Part shown: positions 17,044 through 24,543 of the stretch, in pieces | How the letters are laid out: each line of letters begins with the position of its first letter | Position numbering within the stretch: the stretch's first letter is position 1 | DNA from: Candidatus Phoenicimicrobium oleiphilum | Lineage (GTDB): Bacteria > Atribacterota > Phoenicimicrobiia > Phoenicimicrobiales > Phoenicimicrobiaceae | Assembly (NCBI GenBank): GCA_039638295.1 | Contig: JBDIWJ010000022.1 | Location: 1 to 26,471 of the forward strand | Direction: 5' to 3' | Length of the DNA: 26,471 bases | Made by a program: the position numbers and the translations under genes | Notes under the pieces: model-generated | The model's database searches: none | What the model was told of the DNA's origin: nothing | The model's input: the letters and a program-made list of their open reading frames with translations, nothing else

Positions 17044-20000
17044 CTATCTGTAATCTCCAATCAGGATAAATCCTGCCCAGGCAACGGGGAGACCATATTC
17101 TTGCGCTAATTCTCTTTGAGCTCGACCGAGAGCTTCTACTTTAGCCATTCCCTCCTGTTTCCAGTATCCAAAAAATTTTATAAAAAGTTCCATTGTGGGC
17201 CTATCAAATACACTCCACAAACTGGCGATTACTGTGGGAGTGCCAGCATAAAGAAATGACCTCACCAGACCTATTAACCCTTCAGCTTCGCTTAATTTAC
17301 CTAATCCAGTCTCACATGCACCTAAAGCCACTAAATTGGCTTTCAAATCTAGTGAAAATACCTCATAAGCCCTTACTTCTCCATCATTTTTTTCATCTTT
17401 AGCTAAACAGATTATACTATATAGAGGTCTTTGGTCATCAGCTAATCCGTGGGTAGAGAGATGAATTACATCAAAATTAGAACAAATTTCCTTAAATTTC
17501 GTCTCAGTAGCTTCTTTACCGATAAAAACATCATTATAAATGAAATTTCGAGCCGTAATCTTAACTTCCTCCGCACTCAAAGGCAAGGAAGGTAGATCGG
17601 TTCCTTCAAAAGAGGGATTACCAAAACCAAGATAACTCTCCTGATTTCCTCTATTTTTCCCCAAGCAATAGTAATAGACGCTGGCAGAAGGGACATAAAA
17701 TAAATTATATCGGTCTACTAAAAATCCATCTTCACCCTTTAATGCCTGAAAAGGAAGGTAAAAAAGGCTGCGATGAGGAATTATCCCTATGGTAGTCTTA
17801 TCGCCTATTAGAGCTTCTACCGGGGTAAAAAGTATCCGGTAAAGTTCCTCACAAATCTTCTGATAGTCATAGTCACCTTCAGTAGCAGTAAAAGCCTTCC
17901 GAGCCTCTTCAATTTTTTTATTAAGATTAATGTCTTTTATACTTATCTCTTTAGTCTTTACCCCCCCTTGTTCTATCGCCCATACTAAAATCCTATCTTC
18001 GGTATTATAATAATCTAATAAAACAATTTCTTTATCTAAAATCCCCCTTATTTTATCTAAAGTAAGAGGATTGATGGTAACTAAAGAGGCTACTTCGGGA
18101 GAATAGTAATTTAAATCTTCTTTTACCTGATAATAAATTTGTTGAAGTTTCTTTTGAATCTTTTGTAATTCTTCTAAATAAGCAGTGTTTTGTTGTTCAG
18201 TCGGTTTAGATCTTTCCTGGCGTTCCTTTTCTTGAAGAGAGGTAATCCTTGTTTCTACATCTTGAAGTTTGCTAAACATCTCTTTATCTTTATCTTTTAC
18301 TTCCAGTATTGCTCCTCCCAGGATATCTAAAAAACTACGTGCTCGTGCCCTCTCCGTATAATCAAAAGCCTCTTCAAATCGGCCTAAATCCCAGAGAACT
18401 TCTATAGTCAAATCATAAGCTAAAAGTTTATTTTCAAAAAAACCTCTCTTCATTTCGGCAGAGGTAAGTTTTTCTCTTAATCCTTCTAAAATGTCTATAG
18501 CCTGTTTAAAGTAAGTAAGGGATTCTTCTCTTTTCCCTTGTTCTAATAATATTCGCCCTAAACCAGTCTGACAATACCAGATCATCTGGGAATAATTTAA
18601 TTTTTGAGCTAATTCTAAACTTTTTTTAAAATATTCTTCTGATTTGGTCACCTCCTTCATATCCAGGTAGATAGTCCCCAAATTACCATAATCCAAAGCC
18701 AGATCAAAAGGCATATTTAATTCCTGGTGAATCCTTAAGGCCTCTAACTGGCTTTCTAAAGCAAGTTCTAAATTGCCCAGATGTTGGTTTAAAGAGGCAA
18801 AATTATTCATTAAGGCTGCAATTCGGGGCTGAATATTTAATTTTTCATAGATTTTCATTGCCTCGGTATAAGCAGCAATCGCATCCTTATACCGCTCTTC
18901 ATTATTATACACTACCCCCAGATTCATCCAGGCATCAGCTATAGTTAAAGGATAATTTAAATTAGTCGCCAATCGAAGGACCCGGGTAATATAATTTTCC
19001 GCCTTCTTTAAATCATTAGTCTGTAAATAAAGGCTTCCCAGGTTGGTATATACCCCTATATCTCCAGGCATATTATATAATTGAATAAGCTCCTCTGCTT
19101 CCTCTAAGACCTTCCTGGCATTTTCAAAATCTCCTTTATCCAGGTAGATAATTCCCATATTATTGAGCACCCAAGCCTCCTGGTAACCCAGTTCCATTTC
19201 CCACGCCAATCTCTGTCCATCTATTAGATACTGTAGGGCTTGATTAGAATCTCCCCAGGCTTCATGAGAAAGACGGGCTAAAGAAAGTTTAGCCGCAAAT
19301 TCTCCGCACTTAAAACCGTTCTCTAAACTGACCTGTAAGGAGGATTCACAAACTTGCTGGGCTTTTTGGTAATCTCCTCTTTCAACATAGACATAAGCCA
19401 AATTGTTTAAAGATAATGCAGTTATTTCTACATTTTCAGCCCGAGTAGCTAAATCACAGGAGTCTAAGAAATATTTTTCTGCTTTTTCTAAGTCTCCTCG
19501 ATAAAAAGATATTATCCCCAAACTTAAAAAGGTAGAGGCTTTTCCAGAAATATCTTGAAGCTGTTCAGCTAATTGGTAAGCAAGTTGAGCGTATTCTTCG
19601 GATTTATCCAAATCCTGGTAACTTTGATATATGCCGGCCAGGGTAATATAAACCTTCATAATCCCTGAATTATCTTGCAAGGCTTCATATTTTTCTAATG
19701 CTTGAGGAAGTACCTGATGGGCTTCATCATCCTTCCCCTGACGATACCAGGCTCTCCCCTGATAATAAAGGCTATCTGCAAGTAAATCATCTTCCCCCTG
19801 AGAAAGCGCGAGGGCTTTTAAGATATTCATCTCTTCTATTAGGCGAGAATATTGACCGGTAAGATAAATTTGGTCAGCCCTACACTTGATATATTTAATT
19901 ACTTCTTCCTGCTGTTCAGGTGAAAGAGAGGTAATATCCAGAGAATAAGACAAAAAATCCTTCTTTTTAATCTCATTTTCCACCCATAGAGAGGGCTCAA

Positions 20001-20139
20001 ATTCAGTGTCGGGTAGACTTATAACTGTTCCATCATTTAAAGTTATTGAAACCCCTTGGCCGAATAAAGGAAATAAAAATAATATCATCAAGCTGATAAT
20101 TATCCCCGTTAGGATTATAAAAGTACTCTTACTCTTCAT
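17044..20139 (-). CDS. TPR-repeat + CHAT (caspase/separase-like cysteine protease) protein with N-terminal signal/anchor
   Basis: About 10 ~40-aa TPRs (SLNNLAYVY, VLNNMGIIY, AWMNLGVVY, DYGNLGTIY), ERARARSFLD, IIPH.SL..LPF.AL, VIHLSTHG (His), LGACETG (Cys), ASLWSVFD, WAGFILIG. Confidence 0.92.
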   Translation of the reverse strand: MKSKSTFIILTGIIISLMILFLFPLFGQGVSITLNDGTVISLPDTEFEPSLWVENEIKKKDFLSYSLDITSLSPEQQEEVIKYIKCRADQIYLTGQYSRLIEEMNILKALALSQGEDDLLADSLYYQGRAWYRQGKDDEAHQVLPQALEKYEALQDNSGIMKVYITLAGIYQSYQDLDKSEEYAQLAYQLAEQLQDISGKASTFLSLGIISFYRGDLEKAEKYFLDSCDLATRAENVEITALSLNNLAYVYVERGDYQKAQQVCESSLQVSLENGFKCGEFAAKLSLARLSHEAWGDSNQALQYLIDGQRLAWEMELGYQEAWVLNNMGIIYLDKGDFENARKVLEEAEELIQLYNMPGDIGVYTNLGSLYLQTNDLKKAENYITRVLRLATNLNYPLTIADAWMNLGVVYNNEERYKDAIAAYTEAMKIYEKLNIQPRIAALMNNFASLNQHLGNLELALESQLEALRIHQELNMPFDLALDYGNLGTIYLDMKEVTKSEEYFKKSLELAQKLNYSQMIWYCQTGLGRILLEQGKREESLTYFKQAIDILEGLREKLTSAEMKRGFFENKLLAYDLTIEVLWDLGRFEEAFDYTERARARSFLDILGGAILEVKDKDKEMFSKLQDVETRITSLQEKERQERSKPTEQQNTAYLEELQKIQKKLQQIYYQVKEDLNYYSPEVASLVTINPLTLDKIRGILDKEIVLLDYYNTEDRILVWAIEQGGVKTKEISIKDINLNKKIEEARKAFTATEGDYDYQKICEELYRILFTPVEALIGDKTTIGIIPHRSLFYLPFQALKGEDGFLVDRYNLFYVPSASVYYYCLGKNRGNQESYLGFGNPSFEGTDLPSLPLSAEEVKITARNFIYNDVFIGKEATETKFKEICSNFDVIHLSTHGLADDQRPLYSIICLAKDEKNDGEVRAYEVFSLDLKANLVALGACETGLGKLSEAEGLIGLVRSFLYAGTPTVIASLWSVFDRPTMELFIKFFGYWKQEGMAKVEALGRAQRELAQEYGLPVAWAGFILIGDYR

Positions 20140-20213
20140 CAATTTTTCTTCCCATAATTTTATTTATTGGATAGTTTTCCAAAAAACAACTAATTTTTCC
20201 TTAAAACAAAATA

Positions 20214-22535
20214 TTATTTTACCACTCCCAAAGCCCTCTTATAACTAAGTATCATCCGATTGAAATATTTTTGTTCTTTCTCTATGAAAATATTCTGAGG
20301 TGCCTGGGTTAAAATAACATATCCCATTCCAGAAGAAGGGCCATAAACTCCAGTATAGATAACATAAGTTTCTATATTAAATCTAAAAATAGTTTCCTGG
20401 TAACTCCCCTGTAAATTTACCTTACCTTCAGTTACTTCTATCGCCCCACTACCAGGAGTGGGTACTATTTTAAATTCCTGATTTAATATAGATAAATCAG
20501 TAACCTGTTGTTGTAAAAGATAAGTCATTTGCTGAGCAAGGTCTTGAGCACTGTTAAACTGCCCCATTAAACCGGGGAAAAGGGTCAAAGAAGTAAGCCC
20601 ACTGGCGTCTTCAGAAAAAGTAACATTTCTATTAAAGGAGTCTAAATTTACCAACCACGTAGATGGGTACTCTAAATAACCAGTAATTAAGGGATTATGA
20701 CTAAAAGCTTGATTTAAACTGTATTGTTTCCAGATTATCTGGGGTTCTTGAGGAGTACCCGGAGTAGGTAAAGCAATTCCACCAGGTCCAGGCTGAGATG
20801 GAACAGGCTGTCCTGGAGGAGTAAGAGTTATTCCTCCTTGAGCAGGTGCGCCGGGTGCAGGACTAACTATTCCTTCTGGTCCAGTAGCTGGAGAAGTTGT
20901 CCCCGGAATAGCTGTAGTGGTCTGTGGGGTAGTGGGAGAAGGAGTAGTCGGAGTTAAAGAAGGTAAAATCTCCCCTTCTCTCTTTACGCCTATTTCAGGA
21001 TTAACTTCCTTACCTATATCTGAAAAACAACCTCCTAGAAAAGATGAAGAACGATATTGTGGGGAAGTAATGAAACTTCCTATTTTAGAACTTAATTTTT
21101 GTAAGGAAGAACCTATAGAAATATCCTCTTCAACTCCTCTCTTGGCGTTTCTTAAAATCCAGGTTTTTTCTGAAAGAGGAGCTCTACTAACTTTTATTTG
21201 AGAGATAGTGCCCTCTCCTAAATTTTTTATAGGAGAACCTAATTGATCAATTACTCTTCCTCGAAAAGTTGTACTTATATTAGAATTAGTAGTTGGATTA
21301 AAGGCTATCTCTCTCCCTAATCCCCTAATATAGGAGAAATTAAAATTTGTCGGATAAAAACTTCTGATAGCTAAACTCTGAGAGGAAATTTTTCTCCCCA
21401 GAGAAGCAGGGAATAAATTAGCATAATTTCCTAACATAATTCTTTTAGAAACTGCCCAGGGGAAAATTGGATTTTCTGGAAATAGACGCACTAATTTTGA
21501 ACCAAAACCTCGTGAAATAAGAATAGGTTTAAAATATTTAAAAGGTTTACTATAACTCTTGTTTATTCCTCTTGGATAATTAAATTGATTGATTTCTTCA
21601 GAAAATCCTCTCGTCTGCGTCAAATTTTCTGAGTAATTTATATTAATCTTATTGTTATTCCTTACTCCTATCTCTTTCGGAACCTTTATTGACCTTTGGA
21701 CTGGAATAGGTTTTCCACACCCGGGACAGAACTTATAATCCGGCTGTAGTGGTGTTCCGCAATAAGGACAAAACTTAATAGTAATTTCTTCAGTAGTAGA
21801 TGAAGTAGTAGAAGAGGAAGGAGCCTCAGTTGTAGTAACTACTGAAGTTACATCAGATACTGGAGGTACTGGCTCTGTTGTTCTCTCTGACACAGTAAAG
21901 CTATTAAACATTGTCTCCAATTGAGGTAATATTTGGTCAAATTTATCTCGCACTACTTGACCTTCTAAAATATAACCCTTTTTGTCTTTTACCAAATAGA
22001 CATCAACTGCTTTAATAGGAATCTTTGAATTATCCTCTTTGTGTATCTTAGTCCAAGTATAAAGCCTTTTTATAGCCGGTAAACCCCCAATAGTTATCGC
22101 TTCTTCATTAATTTTATTATATTCAGGCATATTTTTTGGGTCTAACATCCATTCTTCTACAGAAATAGCATAACTTGCTAATGATGAATCATAATTTTCA
22201 ACATATACCGAAAAAGCAGCTATTATATAGTCTCCCTCAAAGAGATCAATCTCTGCTTTACAAGTCCCTGTATCATCCATCTCATAATAGGGTTCCCAAG
22301 TTTCAGGATAACTGAATTTAAAACTGCAATCAGGGTCAGAATAAGAATAAATATTGGGAACGAATACCGTCTCAGGGATAGCAGAAGGAGAAACTGGGGG
22401 AGGAGTAATATTAGTAGTAGGTGGAGTGGGAGTTGGACTGCTTTCGGTTAAAGAAGGCAACCCCTGAGCCAATCCTGCACTTCCTAAAGTTAAGATTAAA
22501 ACTAAAGCAACAAAATAAAAAATTAATTTTCTCAT
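20214..22535 (-). CDS. Exported multidomain protein: PsbP/DcrB-like domain, double zinc ribbon, degenerate Arg-Gly repeat region, Pro/Gly/Thr linker, probable second PsbP-like domain
   Basis: Signal peptide ending AGLA; YSDPDCSFKFSYPETW; CPYCG...CPGCG; GYLEYPSTW; ATG 22535 preferred because GAGGTG (containing the GTG at 22544) serves as RBS. Confidence 0.7.
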   Translation of the reverse strand: MRKLIFYFVALVLILTLGSAGLAQGLPSLTESSPTPTPPTTNITPPPVSPSAIPETVFVPNIYSYSDPDCSFKFSYPETWEPYYEMDDTGTCKAEIDLFEGDYIIAAFSVYVENYDSSLASYAISVEEWMLDPKNMPEYNKINEEAITIGGLPAIKRLYTWTKIHKEDNSKIPIKAVDVYLVKDKKGYILEGQVVRDKFDQILPQLETMFNSFTVSERTTEPVPPVSDVTSVVTTTEAPSSSTTSSTTEEITIKFCPYCGTPLQPDYKFCPGCGKPIPVQRSIKVPKEIGVRNNNKININYSENLTQTRGFSEEINQFNYPRGINKSYSKPFKYFKPILISRGFGSKLVRLFPENPIFPWAVSKRIMLGNYANLFPASLGRKISSQSLAIRSFYPTNFNFSYIRGLGREIAFNPTTNSNISTTFRGRVIDQLGSPIKNLGEGTISQIKVSRAPLSEKTWILRNAKRGVEEDISIGSSLQKLSSKIGSFITSPQYRSSSFLGGCFSDIGKEVNPEIGVKREGEILPSLTPTTPSPTTPQTTTAIPGTTSPATGPEGIVSPAPGAPAQGGITLTPPGQPVPSQPGPGGIALPTPGTPQEPQIIWKQYSLNQAFSHNPLITGYLEYPSTWLVNLDSFNRNVTFSEDASGLTSLTLFPGLMGQFNSAQDLAQQMTYLLQQQVTDLSILNQEFKIVPTPGSGAIEVTEGKVNLQGSYQETIFRFNIETYVIYTGVYGPSSGMGYVILTQAPQNIFIEKEQKYFNRMILSYKRALGVVK

Positions 22536-22612
22536 TTCGTTCACCTCTTTTATAAAAAATTTATGAAAATATTTTCTCTCCTATATATTTATACTTACCT
22601 TCTATGGTTTAC

Positions 22613-22642
22613 ATACGATATTTTTTCAAAAAATCCTTCTTT
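22613..22642 (-). promoter_or_regulatory. Putative sigma-H-like promoter AAAGAAGGA-N14-ATCGTAT
   Basis: Same recurring motif, about 80 nt upstream of the 776-aa gene and downstream of the riboswitch. Confidence 0.55.
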
Positions 22643-22752
22643 TTATACAAAAAAAATTAAAACTTTTTAAAGTACTTCTAAATATATTATTAATGAATAA
22701 CCTCCTACATCATCTCCATATAAAAGTGCAAATATTTCCAAAATAAAAAAAG

Positions 22753-22837
22753 CAGGCAGTCTGACAATCGTAGTATTAAAATGCCTTAGACCCATAACTT
22801 TGCGTCCTATCCTTTCGGATAGTTTGCCTTTTTCAAC
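22753..22837 (-). ncRNA. Cyclic di-GMP-I (GEMM) riboswitch
   Basis: Minus strand reads GGCAAACTATCC-GAAA-GGATAG-GACGCAAAG-TTATGGGTCTAAGG...TACGAT...CTGCC: GNRA-capped P2, GCAAAG junction, CTAAG/TACG receptor and GGCA/TGCC P1; U-tract follows. Confidence 0.92.
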
Positions 22838-22972
22838 TTTGTAAAATAATTATCCCATTTATATTATTCCCTAAATTCACTAATTTTAGACCTGATTTTA
22901 GGCAATATCGAAATACACCCCTTACGCCTTATAATTTAATAAAAAGTAGTCTGTCCTCTTTTATATCTCTTA

Positions 22973-23063
22973 AACTCGTAACTAACAACTTGAAACCAGA
23001 AACTTATTGCTTATTATATATTACTTATCACTGGTTACTTTATACTACACGCTATGAGCTAAT
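22973..23063. repeat. Degenerate heptamer array, about 13 units
   Basis: AACTCGT AACTAAC AACTTGA AACCAGA AACTTAT TGCTTAT TATATAT TACTTAT CACTGGT TACTTTA TACTACA CGCTATG AGCTAAT. Confidence 0.55.
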
Positions 23064-23158
23064 TTTTACGCAATATGTGATACAAAGTTAATGTAAATTT
23101 TCTTTCTTTTTCCCTAGTTCTTTTTCCTTACTCGATACTAATTTGGTACTAATTTGGT

Positions 23159-23187
23159 TTGACAAATACTTAAAAAAAGTATAAAAT
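23159..23187 (+). promoter_or_regulatory. Sigma-70-type promoter of the K+ uptake cluster
   Basis: TTGACA-N17-TAAAAT just upstream of the c-di-AMP aptamer. Confidence 0.75.
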
Positions 23188-23209
23188 CCGAAGGTAAAAA
23201 GGTCAATCG

Positions 23210-23340
23210 TTTTTTTACGCTGAATTTCCTAATCGGAAAACCGGCGAACCAAATTTAGGGGCAAATCTTATTTAAATAATAAGTAAGGCAATCCATTCAG
23301 CTTGAAACCATCAGCTAACCACGTAAGCGTTGGAGGTGGA
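23210..23340 (+). ncRNA. Cyclic di-AMP (ydaO/yuaA) riboswitch
   Basis: CGCTGAAT...GAACC...AGGGGCAAATC...GTAAGG...GAAACCATCAGCTAACCACGTAAGCG matches the ydaO consensus blocks; sits upstream of K+ transport genes, the established context. Confidence 0.88.
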
Positions 23341-23375
23341 ATGATTTTATAAATATATTTGTTATTAACAAATAG

Positions 23376-23410
23376 TAGAGAAACTAAATATTAGATAGTT
23401 TCTCTATTTT
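23376..23410 (+). terminator. Leader terminator, probable expression platform of the c-di-AMP riboswitch
   Basis: TAGAGAAACTA-AATATTAGA-TAGTTTCTCTA-TTTT between the aptamer and the first CDS. Confidence 0.7.
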
Positions 23411-23468
23411 AGTTTAATAAAAGTTCTTAAAATTTAGAATAAATTACTTTTTATAAAAACCAAGTGGG

Positions 23469-24347
23469 GTGAACCTCTTGAAAATAATTATCATAGGAGC
23501 AGGAAAAGTTGGTTGTCAAATAGCTAAAACTCTATCTTCAGAAAGTCATGACGTAATATTAATTGAAAAAGATAATACAGTTCGACAATCTGCTCAAAAT
23601 AGTTTAGATGTACTCACTATTTTAGGCAACGGAGCCAATGTTCATACTTTAGAAGAATCAGGAATCAAACAAGCAGATATGTTAATTGCAGTAACTAATA
23701 GCGATGAGGCAAATATACTTGCCTGTATGACCGCTAAAAAATATGATGTTCCCAAAAAGGTTGCTCAGGCAGAAAGCTTTGCTGGAGGAAAAGTGCAAAT
23801 TCTTGAACTTAAAATCGAAGGAGATTTTCCTTATATTAACCAAAGACTAAAGGATATTAAATTTGAATATCCTATATTAGTGGCTGCTATCTTTAGAAAA
23901 GATAAAATAATTATTCCTGATGGAGAAGAAAATATAGTTTTAGGTAATAATTTATATGTTTTAATCGAAAAAGATAATCTCCTGCATTTAAAAGAATTTT
24001 ATAAGCTGATACATCCTCAAGCAGTTACTCCTATCAGATTGGGAGATAAAGTAATTTCTGAAGATGTGATACGCAATATTACTGGATTTTTCTTTCTATA
24101 TATCTTAATTTTTGTAATTTGTACTTTTATAATGTCTTTGTTAGGATTGGATATATTAAGTGCTATGGCTTCAGTTGCCGCTACTTTAGGAAATGTAGGA
24201 CCAGGCCTCGGTTTGGTTGGACCAGCCCAGAATTATGCTTTTATACCACCCTTGGGGAAAATTACTTTGATTCTCTGTATGCTATTGGGTAGATTAGAAA
24301 TATATACTGTATTAATTCTGGTTGTTCCAGAATTCTGGCGGAAATAA
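23469..24347 (+). pseudogene. In-frame chimera of the TrkA N-terminal half (internally deleted) and the TrkH C-terminal ~115 aa
   Basis: TrkA: IIIIGAGKVG, AVTNSDEANILAC, SFAGGKVQ, AIFRKDKIIIPDG. TrkH: KLIHPQAV, ATLGNVGPGLG, MLLGRLEIYTVL, FWRK. Confidence 0.7.
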
Positions 24348-24356
24348 ATAAATCAG

Positions 24357-24490
24357 TCGTCAATATATCGTATTGCGTATTGAGTATCGCGGTAAGAAAA
24401 TCAAGATTAAGAAGTAGGGGCAGGATGTATCGTACCCTACAAGTGGCATTAGATGATAAAATGATGAGAGCACAATTCATTGTGCCCCTA
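24357..24490. repeat. Heptamer array followed by an inverted pair of GTAG-type REP units
   Basis: TCGTATT GCGTATT GAGTATC; GTAGGGGCAGGATGTATCGTACCCTAC ... GAGCACAATTCATTGTGCCCCTA. Confidence 0.7.
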
Positions 24491-24543
24491 AATATAATTA
24501 CAATTAAATTAAAATTTAAAATTTAAAAAATGAGGTAAGCAAA

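Noticed and set aside
17044..20139. Craspase (Csx29) or gasdermin-type anti-phage system
   Set aside because: No Cas7-11, CRISPR array, gasdermin, STAND NTPase or other recognisable defence gene nearby; all three proteins carry export signals
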